DNA from: an uncultured Candidatus Saccharibacteria bacterium
Lineage (GTDB): Bacteria > Patescibacteriota > Minisyncoccia > Phycocordibacterales > GWA1-40-21
DNA length: 46,549 nt
Reading direction: 5' to 3'
Assembly: GCA_964416925.1 (NCBI GenBank)
Contig: CAYQFQ010000001.1
Location: forward strand, 1-46,549
A program made the position numbers and the translations under genes. The notes below the pieces were generated by a model. The model saw nothing but the letters and a program-made list of their open reading frames with translations. It was not told the origin of the DNA and did no database searches. Below are positions 1-8,565 of this stretch, one piece after another. The first letter of the stretch is position 1, and each line of letters starts with the position of its first letter.

Positions 1-13
1 CCTACTGGGCGCA
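1..13 (+). tRNA. 3' end of a tRNA cut by the window edge (identity unknown)
   Basis: CCTAC-TGGGCGC-A reads as T-stem 3' strand, acceptor 3' strand and discriminator. It is followed by the same hairpin plus anti-acceptor trailer (TGCGCCCA at 46-53) seen after four complete tRNAs. Confidence 0.4.
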
Positions 14-339
14 CAAATGAAAAATATGTAAATATTTTTCATTTGTGCGCCCAGAGTAAGCAATATGAATTGCTTACGTTAGGGGTCGAACAGCGGAACT
101 ATGTTTTTCTAGTAAGAAAAACAAGTGAGCTGGTGCCCAGACTTTTCCGAGTGGCGACGAGGAAAAAGTCGAGGGAGAAAGTGTACTCACGTCCCCTATT
201 TTAGGAATGTGACCACAGACATTAAAGATAGTTAGGATACTGTCCATGTAATGGAAGACTCCCTACTGAAAAAATTAGATTGGGCGGGGTCGCGAGATTT
301 TCTAGCAAGAAAATACTTGTGACCACAATATTATGTGAT
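14..339 (+). ncRNA. tRNA-trailer structured block: hairpin, anti-acceptor, GTAAG hairpin, then module 81-197 and further hairpin modules
   Basis: Hairpin 14-45. TGCGCCCA at 46-53 is complementary to 6-13. Hairpin GTAAGCAA..TTGCTTAC at about 56-78. Module closed by AGGGG (81-85) and CCCCT (193-197), containing a U-rich stem with AGTA loop (104-121), a hairpin with 12-nt loop GAGTGGCGACGA (140-170) and the motif GGAGAAAGTGTACTCACGT. Hairpin 288-324 contains G:T wobbles that pair only on this strand. Confidence 0.5.
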
Positions 340-421
340 GCACGGGTGGCGAAATTGGTACACGCACTTGCCTTAGGAGCAAGCGGAGCAATCCATGGAG
401 GTTCAAGTCCTCTCCCGTGCA
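340..421 (+). tRNA. tRNA-Leu(UAG)
   Basis: Cloverleaf read by eye: acceptor GCACGGG/CCCGTGC, anticodon loop CTTAGGA, long variable arm, T arm GGAGG-TTCAAGT-CCTCT. No encoded CCA. Confidence 0.9.
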
Positions 422-734
422 CAGACAAAAAAACACTTTATAAGTGTTTTTTTTGTGCACGGAGTAAGTGCTTAATAGCACTTACGCGAGAGGACTTGAA
501 AAGGTTGAATATATTTTGATTAGTGAACTCACAAATCTAAATATGAAACCTATACCGAATCTGTAAGATTCAAGACCCCTCTCTCGCGCACAAAAAACTT
601 AAACGAAATGCGACTAAGCATTTCGTTTTTTGTTTTTACAGCGAGAGAGGGCTCGAAAGCCGGAGGCAGACGTGCCGAGGCGAGGTCGCGGGTTTTGCTA
701 GCAAGCAAAAACCTGTGACCAAGTCTTCCTCGCC
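422..734 (+). ncRNA. tRNA-Leu trailer: two consecutive mirror modules with a pseudo tRNA-Leu 3' end between them
   Basis: Hairpin 427-453. GTGCACGG (454-461) is complementary to CCGTGCAC of the tRNA. GTAAGTGCT..AGCACTTAC hairpin follows. GAGAGGACTTGAA (487-499) is complementary to T loop plus T stem TTCAAGTCCTCTC. Degenerate direct copy of the tRNA 3' end, TTCAAGACCCCTCTCTCGCGCA (about 569-590). Second hairpin, then GCGAGAGAGGG (641-651), then hairpin 684-720. Confidence 0.5.
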
Positions 735-785
735 CACATAATAATTCTTAATAAAAAACCTTTATTTAGGGACGTTTTTTATTAC

Positions 786-814
786 TTGACTTTTAACATC
801 AAATATGCTATACT
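786..814 (+). promoter_or_regulatory. sigma70-like promoter TTGACT-N17-TATACT
   Basis: TTGACT at 786-791 and TATACT at 809-814, upstream of the 54-aa ORF. Confidence 0.55.
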
Positions 815-868
815 TGTTAAGGATTTAAAAGTGGTGGAAATATCAATCAAACTCAAACGGAGGACGAT

Positions 869-1033
869 ATGGCAAACAAGAAACAGGAAAACAAGTTCAC
901 CGACAAGGACCTCGAGCGCATCGATAAGAAGCGCCAAGCGAAATTTCGGCGCCTTCTGCTCCTGATCATCGGTTCCCTCTTCGCAGGCGGTCTGGTGAGC
1001 GGCATCTTCACGAGTATCGCTTATTGGGGTTAA
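869..1033 (+). CDS. small C-terminally anchored membrane protein, 54 aa (not in the ORF track, which lists 60 aa or longer)
   Basis: ATG at 869 lies 6 nt after GGAGG. Translation: MANKKQENKFTDKDLERIDKKRQAKFRRLLLLIIGSLFAGGLVSGIFTSIAYWG. Consensus promoter upstream and GC-rich terminator downstream. GC-rich relative to flanks. Confidence 0.6.
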   Translation: MANKKQENKFTDKDLERIDKKRQAKFRRLLLLIIGSLFAGGLVSGIFTSIAYWG

Positions 1034-1047
1034 CCCCCAGAAGAGCA

Positions 1048-1079
1048 AATGGCGGGTTCCTACGGACCCGCCATTTTTC
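1048..1079 (+). terminator. rho-independent terminator
   Basis: GGCGGGT..ACCCGCC stem followed by TTTTT. Confidence 0.7.
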
Positions 1080-1110
1080 ATTTCCATATCTTCCCCACTT
1101 TATATCTGTC

Positions 1111-3393
1111 TCACACTATTTCACAAGTCCCTCCCGCACATGCAAGCTCCTTTTTCACTTCAGTCTCATCTTGTCTCTCGTAAGTAATTAATTTCGCAAA
1201 ATCAATTGTTCCTAAAGCTTTAACCATCTCATTATATTTCTTTTCATCTATTTCTTCATAAGGCGCAAGTTGATATACATGATCATTTCTTGGTAAGAAT
1301 GATAATCCCCCGATTATGTCCCAATTTTTGTAAAGCCAATTTGCAACATCTATCCACTCACTCTCTCCGACATAAATAGTCACTGATGGATTGTGTTCTG
1401 TGTAATTTTCCTTCACCATCTTCCAAAATTCGAGTTGATCAAGTGCAGTCAAGTCATCTTTAAACTTAGAATTTTTTGGAGCCTTAACTGGAAATTCAAA
1501 CACATAAGTCATTGCACTTTCTTTCGACTGACCAACCTCTGGATAGTAAGGAACTCCCTGATCTCTCATCATCTTAAACAATGAGTCTGTGGTCGAAATT
1601 CTTATTCTTCTAATATAATACTGTGAATATCTTGTATGCATTCCTGAAGCGCAATCTACGGTCTGAGATACTGTTCCGGATGGCTTAACGCAAGTTGTAC
1701 AAGTTGCTTCATTTATCTTAAATCTCTTAGCGTAAGTCTGGTTTGTCTTTATTACCTCTTTTCTGAGTTTTCTTAGAATCTCTGGGTTCCTAACTGCTGG
1801 ACAATCCCATTGACCCGTAATAGACACACCAATCAATCTCTCTTTTTTACAATTCTCTGTCCACTCTTTAGACAAATAACCAAAATTAGTGAGAGTTGCT
1901 TGATATGTTCCAAGCATAGTAGCTAGTTTTATTTTTCTTAATAATGACTTCTCATCATCTTCATATCTTGCAACAACCTCAGAAAGATTACAGAACTGCT
2001 TATTTTGCAGAATGATTTCTCCACAAGGATTTACACCCATCTGTGTGACATCATTGTTTAAAACTTTTAGTCTTCTCTCTGGCAAAGCCTTTAAAAGACC
2101 TCCCTTATTGAAAATTCCTCTTTCTCCAGATCCGCTCTTCATCAAAGCAATCCATTCTTCCAAGAATTCAGTCGAAGAAGGTTTAGAGACATAAACGACT
2201 GAGTTATTTGCAATACTTCTTTGTGGTTCAGTAAGATAAAACTGTCCTTTCTTTGCATCTCTCATTAGTTCATCATCAAGATCTGAAAGTGAAATCAAAG
2301 CACTTCTTCTAACTCCACCTGAGACGACACAGTCACCAATCGAACAGACAATATCATGAACATCCAAGTTGTTTAATCTTCTTCCCTGTTTAGACAAGAC
2401 CTTCTTCTTAACCAAATTTATCAATCTTATAAGTGGTTCCGGTCCAGAAGCTTTTCCACCCATCACTTTCAACCTAGCACCAGCTGGTCTAACTTTTGAG
2501 TAATCAATTTCAACATCATTTCCTTCAAACCATGTCTTCATTGCAAAGACTAGTGCATCTGCCCAACCTTCTTTGCTGTCAGGAACAACAAAATTTGGAA
2601 GTTTCTTACCGGACTGAAATTTTATCTGTGGCAACTGTTGTACGTATTGGCTTTCAACAGAAAAACCCACACCTGTTCCACACATTGAGATATACATTAT
2701 TTCTCCAAAATCTTGGATGGCCATAGGAGCTATAAAAGAACAATTGTAAGCGCAGACATTTGTCTTCTCAGCAGCAGGACCAGCAAATTGCAAAAGCCTC
2801 ATTGATGGCATTACTTCCTGTTTAAGAATTCCCTCTCTTAACTCTGCATACTCTGCGTCCTTAATTAAGTTGCCCATCTTACCTTTCATGAACGCCATAT
2901 ATCGATCAACTGTCTCAATCCATGTTTCCCTTCTTCCTTCCGTATCTATCCATTTTGAATATGATCTGTAATATACAAACTCTCCCAATTGATTATGAAA
3001 ATATTTCTTGCTTTCCTCTGCAAGCTTTCTTAAATTTGCAGGAACTTGTACCCCCTGCTCTCTAAGTTTATTTCTTTCTTGTCTGTATATGATATATTCC
3101 TTCGCAGATTTAACATATTCACTCAAAATAAGTTCTTTTTCAACTATATCTTGGACACCTTCTACATCTGGAACAAAATCTTTGAACTTTTTTATTATAC
3201 GAACAAGTTCCGCATAGACCTTTGTAGCAACTAGTTCTGCTTCTTCGTAGGTTCCCTCATTCATAACGGTCATCGCCTTGAAGATTGCGTTGGCTATTTT
3301 TGTAACATCAAAAGGAGCAAGTGACCCGTCTCTCTTTTTAATATTTTTAATGAATACAATCTTACCTTTTGGAGTCTCGTTGCTCTTTACCAT
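1111..3393 (-). CDS. nrdJ: class II (adenosylcobalamin-dependent) ribonucleotide reductase with N-terminal ATP-cone
   Basis: ATP-cone-like N-terminus (IKKRDGSLAPFDVTKIANAI). NPCGEI...FCNLSEV and CVKPSGTVSQ motifs. C-terminal CAGGTCEIV. Start moved to MVKSNE (3393), because the first 42 aa of the ORF look like read-through. Confidence 0.85.
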   Translation of the reverse strand: MVKSNETPKGKIVFIKNIKKRDGSLAPFDVTKIANAIFKAMTVMNEGTYEEAELVATKVYAELVRIIKKFKDFVPDVEGVQDIVEKELILSEYVKSAKEYIIYRQERNKLREQGVQVPANLRKLAEESKKYFHNQLGEFVYYRSYSKWIDTEGRRETWIETVDRYMAFMKGKMGNLIKDAEYAELREGILKQEVMPSMRLLQFAGPAAEKTNVCAYNCSFIAPMAIQDFGEIMYISMCGTGVGFSVESQYVQQLPQIKFQSGKKLPNFVVPDSKEGWADALVFAMKTWFEGNDVEIDYSKVRPAGARLKVMGGKASGPEPLIRLINLVKKKVLSKQGRRLNNLDVHDIVCSIGDCVVSGGVRRSALISLSDLDDELMRDAKKGQFYLTEPQRSIANNSVVYVSKPSSTEFLEEWIALMKSGSGERGIFNKGGLLKALPERRLKVLNNDVTQMGVNPCGEIILQNKQFCNLSEVVARYEDDEKSLLRKIKLATMLGTYQATLTNFGYLSKEWTENCKKERLIGVSITGQWDCPAVRNPEILRKLRKEVIKTNQTYAKRFKINEATCTTCVKPSGTVSQTVDCASGMHTRYSQYYIRRIRISTTDSLFKMMRDQGVPYYPEVGQSKESAMTYVFEFPVKAPKNSKFKDDLTALDQLEFWKMVKENYTEHNPSVTIYVGESEWIDVANWLYKNWDIIGGLSFLPRNDHVYQLAPYEEIDEKKYNEMVKALGTIDFAKLITYERQDETEVKKELACAGGTCEIV

Positions 3394-3618
3394 TTTTTTA
3401 TTATTAATTATTAAATTTACACCTAATTTTACATCAAATACGCGCGAAAAAAAGTCTAACAAGGCTTTAGAAACCAAAAATAAGAAAGTGTAAAGAACGA
3501 CCTCTAAATAGTCTCTCAAATTATGATTTATTTACTCAAAAAAAAATAAATTTCCAAAAGACTTTTTTTTGTTTAGAAAATTTCCCACAAAAAATACCCC
3601 GTAAATGGGGTTTCTATA

Positions 3619-4107
3619 TTATTTTTTGACAATTGAAATAATATTTCCCACCTTAATACTGTTTTTTTCTACAAAACCATCGCTAACTTCTAAAACGTAT
3701 TTTGAATCAAAAACTGTTCCATAAACTTTCGGAAAAGTACTAGGTGAAAGAGATTTTTCTATACCGACAACCTTAAAATCCTGGTCTAACCAAATAATAT
3801 CGATTGAAAAATTCATATCCTTCATCCAAAAGCCATAATTACCCACAGAGTCAAATACAAACAGTATTCCTTGGCCTTCAGAAATTCCTGATCTCCCAGA
3901 AAGACCGAGCTCTTTCTTACAATGATCATCTGCAATCTGTGCAAGAATCTGTTTTTCACCCAAAATGAGAGTTTGGGTGTCATATTTACCACAAATATTA
4001 TCAGAGTGACCCAAACAATACACTATGACAATCACGATAGCGATAAACAAGAGAACACAAATCGATACTTTCTTATATGTTTTAATTAAATATGTAAAAT
4101 TACCCAT
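3619..4107 (-). CDS. DUF192 family protein with N-terminal membrane anchor
   Basis: GLSGRS...GILFVF...FWMKDMNFSIDIIWLD...VLEV pattern typical of DUF192 (COG1430). Start ambiguous (4134 or 4107). Confidence 0.7.
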   Translation of the reverse strand: MGNFTYLIKTYKKVSICVLLFIAIVIVIVYCLGHSDNICGKYDTQTLILGEKQILAQIADDHCKKELGLSGRSGISEGQGILFVFDSVGNYGFWMKDMNFSIDIIWLDQDFKVVGIEKSLSPSTFPKVYGTVFDSKYVLEVSDGFVEKNSIKVGNIISIVKK

Positions 4108-4124
4108 AATGTGATTAAATTTTT

Positions 4125-4292
4125 CTAATTGCAATCGTTAATCGGCATATCAGAAGATGGGTTCCCATGTTTTATCCATCCACCTTCAACACAAATCCAA
4201 GAATCTTCTGAACCTCCTAAAATAATTTTTATTCCGAAAATTGCACCGAGTATAAGTATGATCAAAATAATAATTGTGCCAGTCCATTTCAT
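4125..4292 (-). CDS. small signal-anchored protein, 55 aa (not in the ORF track)
   Basis: Translation: MKWTGTIIILIILILGAIFGIKIILGGSEDSWICVEGGWIKHGNPSSDMPINDCN. TATAAT lies 6 nt upstream of the ATG, so the mRNA may be leaderless. The ORF abuts the DUF192 gene. Confidence 0.4.
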   Translation of the reverse strand: MKWTGTIIILIILILGAIFGIKIILGGSEDSWICVEGGWIKHGNPSSDMPINDCN

Positions 4293-4370
4293 AAGTGAAT
4301 TATAACACTTGGATATGTAAAAAACATTAAAGGCTCGGGGACAACTGTCCCCGAGCCTTACTGCTTTGCC

Positions 4371-4589
4371 TTACCTCGGAATAGGAAAAGGATGCTGCGC
4401 GACGAGCAAACCATTTTCAAAGATACCGAGATGTATCGGATGTACTCCATTCTTCGCCGTAACAATCGGGATATCATGAAGAGCATGTTCTAGTTTACGA
4501 TGATCACCGTAGGTTCTCCCCATAAGGAGTGTTCCAGGTTTAGCTGGGTCAGACTTCTTCATAGCAATAACGAACGGACGTTGACTCAT
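4371..4589 (-). CDS. hypothetical 72-aa protein in a GC-richer cassette
   Basis: GGAGAGGGG Shine-Dalgarno 6 nt before the ATG. TTGACT -35 at 4668-4673. GC-rich terminator at 4331-4358. Confidence 0.6.
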   Translation of the reverse strand: MSQRPFVIAMKKSDPAKPGTLLMGRTYGDHRKLEHALHDIPIVTAKNGVHPIHLGIFENGLLVAQHPFPIPR

Positions 4590-4709
4590 GTTTTCCCCTC
4601 TCCTCTTTCTGTCTCTAACTCATACTCAAAAAACATCTACTAAAATGTTATAAGAATACGGAACGAAAGTCAAACCACATAACACAACAAAATCAAAGAC
4701 AAATATATA

Positions 4710-5867
4710 TTAATTGCTCTTAAAAGTCTTAGCAACTGCTTTGACTACTCCTTTATCAAAAGGTTTAGGTAAAATATTATCTACAGTAGGCTTTTTCACA
4801 CACTTTGCCAAAGCCTCCGCAGCTTTAACAAACATTTTTTGCTCAAACTGTTTAATATTGTTATCCAATATTCCGCGGAAAATTCCAGGAAAACCCAAAA
4901 CGTTATTCAGTTGGTTTGGAAAATCAGAACGTCCTGTAGCGACGATAAATGCTCCAGCACTTTTTGCGATATCGGGCATTATTTCTGGTATTGGATTTGC
5001 CAAAGCAAAAATTATCGGCTTTTCATTCATTGTCTCTACCATCTCTTTTGTAACAAGCCCTGCTTTACTAACCCCAATGAATATATCTCTTCCTTTAATA
5101 GCTGTCGCTAAATTGCCTGAAATCTTTTCAGATCCTCCTGTCTCTTTTTTTACCAAACTAATCAGTTCTTTCTTTTCGATATTAAGATCTTTTCTATCTT
5201 CAGAAACAATTCCGTGACTGTCAGCAAAAATTATTTTCTTAAACCCATAACCGACGAGCATCTTAGTAATTGCTGTACCAGCAGCACCAATTCCGTTTAT
5301 TAATATCTTTGCATCTTCTTTTTTTATCTTCCTCAACTTCAAAGCATTTATTAGCGCCGCCAAAACCACAGTAGCAGTTCCATGTTGATCGTCATGCATT
5401 ACGGGGATGTCTAGTTCCGCCCTCAATCTTTTCTCTATCTCAAAACATCGAGGTGCAGAAATATCTTCAAGATTTATTCCACCAAACACGGGGGCAATCT
5501 GTTTAACAACTTTTATTATTTCCTCGGTGTCTTGAGTATCAAGACAAATTGGAAATGCATCTACACCTGCAAATTCTTTGAACAAAAGCGCCTTCCCCTC
5601 CATGACAGGTATTGCACCTTTCGCGCCGAGATTGCCCAAACCCAAAACAGCTGAACCATCCGAGACAACGGCAATCATATTTTTCTTAATTGTGTATGTG
5701 TAAGCTAGTTTCGGATCTCTTGCAATCTCAAGACATACCTGTCCAACACCAGGAGTATAAGCTAAGGACAAATCATCTTTATTCTTTACAGCAACCTTTC
5801 CTTTTATTTCTATCTTACCTGAGAACTTCTTGTGTAAAGCTAAAGATCTTTCATTTACGTTTTTCAT
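4710..5867 (-). CDS. maeB: NAD(P)-dependent malic enzyme (short form)
   Basis: LAYTPGVGQVC, VVSDGSAVLGLGNLG and PVMEGKALLFKEFAGVDAFPICL are characteristic malic-enzyme motifs. Confidence 0.85.
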   Translation of the reverse strand: MKNVNERSLALHKKFSGKIEIKGKVAVKNKDDLSLAYTPGVGQVCLEIARDPKLAYTYTIKKNMIAVVSDGSAVLGLGNLGAKGAIPVMEGKALLFKEFAGVDAFPICLDTQDTEEIIKVVKQIAPVFGGINLEDISAPRCFEIEKRLRAELDIPVMHDDQHGTATVVLAALINALKLRKIKKEDAKILINGIGAAGTAITKMLVGYGFKKIIFADSHGIVSEDRKDLNIEKKELISLVKKETGGSEKISGNLATAIKGRDIFIGVSKAGLVTKEMVETMNEKPIIFALANPIPEIMPDIAKSAGAFIVATGRSDFPNQLNNVLGFPGIFRGILDNNIKQFEQKMFVKAAEALAKCVKKPTVDNILPKPFDKGVVKAVAKTFKSN

Positions 5868-5971
5868 AATAAAATTAGTATAACACTAATCAATAATGAT
5901 ACAAAAATGGAATTAAAAAACCGCCCCAAGCTTTCGCAAATGGAGCGGCGGTTAAGTAACGACACTTAGAA

Positions 5972-6730
5972 CTATCTGACCCCCGTGCCAACGAGAGAGT
6001 TGATCTCTGCCAACTCTTTCAATGCACCAGTGGTACCCTCAACCAATCGAATACGATTCTCGAGTTTCGACCCCAGCTTATCCGAAGCCGAATGTGAGAG
6101 TTTATTGATTGCTATACACCACTGAACCGAAGGTGGCTTTGTCGTCTGACGACCTCTCTGAAAAACCAAGTCCAAACTAAACGCACTTGCCCTTTCGCGA
6201 AGTTCGGTCTCTTGTCCCGGCAAGAAACCGTACAAAAGTACCCGCACTTTACGACTCGAGGGCGCTGGCTGGACCACAGCGTTCGGCCTGCTTTCCGCCA
6301 AATGACCGTGAGGCGTTGCGGGTGGCGCAACCATACGGTCACGACTTTCCGTAACCACCTTCCCCAGAACATCAACAAGAGACGCAAGACGCCCTATCAA
6401 AAGCCCGGTCAATCGCTCCGTTGAGACTTCATGTAACACTTCATCAACAGGCTTCTCCACCAAGACTTCATTCGTAATGTTGACCTGAAACGGAACGCCC
6501 CGTTCGAGAATTTCTTGCCGTAATTGGAAGAACTTCTCAAGAACCATCTTGCCGACCCCCGCACGTCCGGCAATGGTCCGCTGACGTTCTACAGGGAGAA
6601 CTTTTTGACCCTGAGCAATAAACGCCCAGGCGAGTTCTTTGTCTTCGAAGAAATGCTTCACCGCAGACTCGACAACCTTCGACACTTCTTCTTCTGTCCA
6701 GGAAACCCTAATTTTTCTCTTGCCTGTCAT
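5972..6730 (-). CDS. hypothetical protein, about 252 aa, GC-rich cassette. The C-terminal part resembles DUF2325-type domains (weak).
   Basis: Long ORF at about 50% GC. Start taken at MTGKRK, preceded by AAAGGA. Promoter TTGACT-N17-TATACT at 6795-6823. GC-rich terminator at 5915-5952. Confidence 0.6.
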   Translation of the reverse strand: MTGKRKIRVSWTEEEVSKVVESAVKHFFEDKELAWAFIAQGQKVLPVERQRTIAGRAGVGKMVLEKFFQLRQEILERGVPFQVNITNEVLVEKPVDEVLHEVSTERLTGLLIGRLASLVDVLGKVVTESRDRMVAPPATPHGHLAESRPNAVVQPAPSSRKVRVLLYGFLPGQETELRERASAFSLDLVFQRGRQTTKPPSVQWCIAINKLSHSASDKLGSKLENRIRLVEGTTGALKELAEINSLVGTGVR

Positions 6731-6925
6731 ACGCACATCCTTTCTATATTTTGAAGAACACAAACTCATTTACTTAGACTTTTTCCCCATGTCTAGTATA
6801 ACACTAGACAATTACAAAGTCAATACCACCTATTAGGAGATTTTGACCACTTTATATAATAAAAGTTTCAATTCAAAATCAAAAATTATTAGTTTGTTTT
6901 TTTAATATGAAGACGAGAAAATTTG

Positions 6926-7444
6926 TTATTTTTTAATATTATCAATTACAAAATGTACTCTCTCCTCGGGTGGCAAAACTGGTACTGTTATTATTGAGTA
7001 TCCATATTCTTCATATCCTTCCTTTATTGCATCATGAATAGCAAGGGCTGTTTCCCTATCCTCGAAACGAGACTCATCTTGTGTATATGAAGGAAGTGGA
7101 TCTAACAAAAAAACCTTATCATATCTATTATGACCGAATTCTTCCAAGAGTTTTGATACGGGCATCTTGTAGTGGATAGAGTAACCATAATTATCTACAA
7201 TTCCCCTATCTAGAAATACTTCATCTGTAGTTATTTTAGATTCTAATTCTATTTGACGTCTTATGACCTCCTGTTGAAATAATTCAGGATTATTTGCTGG
7301 AGAAAAATCACTATCCACCTTTTTCTTTTCCTCAATAAGTATTCTAGATACTTCAGGAACGATGACAAATCCAAGTTTAGAAAGTAATTCAATAAGTTTA
7401 GTTTTTCCAGTACCAGGACCACCAGTTATGACATACTTTTTCAT
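6926..7444 (-). CDS. P-loop ATPase (AAA_28 / NadR-like, COG3911-type)
   Basis: Walker A GGPGTGKT. Start set at MKKYVITGG, because the longer ORF runs into tRNA-Ser. Confidence 0.6.
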   Translation of the reverse strand: MKKYVITGGPGTGKTKLIELLSKLGFVIVPEVSRILIEEKKKVDSDFSPANNPELFQQEVIRRQIELESKITTDEVFLDRGIVDNYGYSIHYKMPVSKLLEEFGHNRYDKVFLLDPLPSYTQDESRFEDRETALAIHDAIKEGYEEYGYSIITVPVLPPEERVHFVIDNIKK

Positions 7445-7445
7445 A

Positions 7446-7534
7446 TGCGGAGGGTAAGAGATTTGAACTCTTGATGGAGTTTCCCCCATGCCACCTTTCC
7501 AAGGTGGTGCACTAGACCGCTATGCGAACCCTCC
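7446..7534 (-). tRNA. tRNA-Ser(GGA)
   Basis: Acceptor GGAGGGT/ACCCTCC, anticodon loop TTGGAAA, long variable arm, T loop TTCAAAT. No mirror trailer. Confidence 0.85.
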
Positions 7535-7644
7535 CTAAATCAAATCTAAAGATTTGATCGGGCGAACCATTTTAAAAAAATGGTTTTAGCCCTCAGCCCA
7601 TTAGATACTACAACAAAAAAGTTGTTTTTCCAAACAACTTTTTT

Positions 7645-8559
7645 CTATCTTCCAATTAAAGCTTTGATTCTATCTTCTACCGGTGGATGAGTACTAAATA
7701 AATTTGTTATTTTTCCTGCCCCGTCAAATTGTCTTTTTATTTGACTGGGGTTACCTGCTGACCCGAAGGGATTTGAAATAAAAAGATGTGCAGTAGCTTG
7801 ATTTGGATTTTTCATTGGAATATTCACAGAATATATTTTCTGCAATGCTGAAGCTAGGCCTTCAGGATATCGAGTAAGCAATACTCCAGAGGCATCAGCT
7901 AGAAACTCTCTCTTTCTTGAAATAGCAAACTGAATAAGCCTTGCAAAAATTGGAGACAATATTATAAAAATCACACCGACTATCATCAAAATTCCACTAC
8001 CCTTATTATCTCTATCCCCACCTCTCATACCGCTTCTCATAAAAATATTTGCAAGAATTGAAACAAAACCAACAAGCACCACAACAATAGTTGAAAGTAA
8101 TATATCTCTATTACCAATATGAGAAAGTTCATGAGCAATCACCCCTTCCAATTCAGACCTATCTAATATCTTCATAAGGCCAGTCGTAACAGCAACAACA
8201 GCGTGTTCTTTATCTCTACCTGTTGCAAAAGCATTTGGTGACGGATCTTCTACTATATATATCTTTGGCATAGGAAGCCCGGCAGTAATAGAAAGGTTCT
8301 CTACTATGTGATACAAGTCAGTATATTTATCATGCTCTGCTGGAATTGCTCCAGACATAGACAAAACTATCTTGTCTGAAAACCAATAACTCAAGACATT
8401 CATAAAAATACTAAAGGCTACAGCAACATACAATATGATAGGACTTTGATAGTAATAGCTAATGAAATATCCAAGTGCCACAATTATCACAAAAAACAAG
8501 GACATCAAAAACCATGTCCTTCTTACATTATTATCTTGTTGTGTATATAAAGTAGCCAT
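7645..8559 (-). CDS. htpX: M48 family zinc protease HtpX
   Basis: HELSHIGNRD (HExxH), four TM segments, typical length. Confidence 0.9.
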   Translation of the reverse strand: MATLYTQQDNNVRRTWFLMSLFFVIIVALGYFISYYYQSPIILYVAVAFSIFMNVLSYWFSDKIVLSMSGAIPAEHDKYTDLYHIVENLSITAGLPMPKIYIVEDPSPNAFATGRDKEHAVVAVTTGLMKILDRSELEGVIAHELSHIGNRDILLSTIVVVLVGFVSILANIFMRSGMRGGDRDNKGSGILMIVGVIFIILSPIFARLIQFAISRKREFLADASGVLLTRYPEGLASALQKIYSVNIPMKNPNQATAHLFISNPFGSAGNPSQIKRQFDGAGKITNLFSTHPPVEDRIKALIGR

Positions 8560-8565
8560 ATCTTA

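Noticed and set aside
81-197. Known RNA families for the trailer modules: T-box leader, RNase P, tmRNA, SRP/4.5S, 6S, hammerhead or other small ribozymes, group I intron fragment
   Set aside because: None of the signatures I checked is present: the T-box AANNNGGGUGGNACCGCG, the RNase P GAGGAAAGUCC, the tmRNA tRNA-like end, the SRP GGAA/AGCA symmetric loop context, and the hammerhead CUGAUGA..GAAA core. GGTGCCYAGAC only loosely resembles group I P7 (GACUAGAC). This was judged by eye only, so a CM scan is still needed.
222-519. 68-aa (minus) and 79-aa (plus) ORFs
   Set aside because: They overlap tRNA-Leu(UAG) and the structured trailer hairpins. The open frames are a by-product of GC-rich RNA sequence.
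485-590. Possible additional tRNA gene (acceptor-like GCGAGAG/CTCTCGC and a TTCAAGA T-loop-like motif)
   Set aside because: No D arm, anticodon arm or T stem can be drawn. The TTCAAG segment is not flanked by complementary stem strands. It is better explained as a trailer module closed by anti-T pairing with a pseudo 3' end.
782-1087. 101-aa minus-strand ORF from the track
   Set aside because: It is antisense to a better-supported plus-strand 54-aa gene that has a consensus promoter, a GGAGG SD and its own terminator. The ORF runs through that terminator hairpin and has no SD.
4714-5217. Antisense ORFs inside long genes (for example 167 aa opposite the malic enzyme gene, several opposite nrdJ, the kinase genes and the pilin gene)
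   Set aside because: They are shadow ORFs of well-supported genes on the other strand. They show low-complexity translations and no independent signals.
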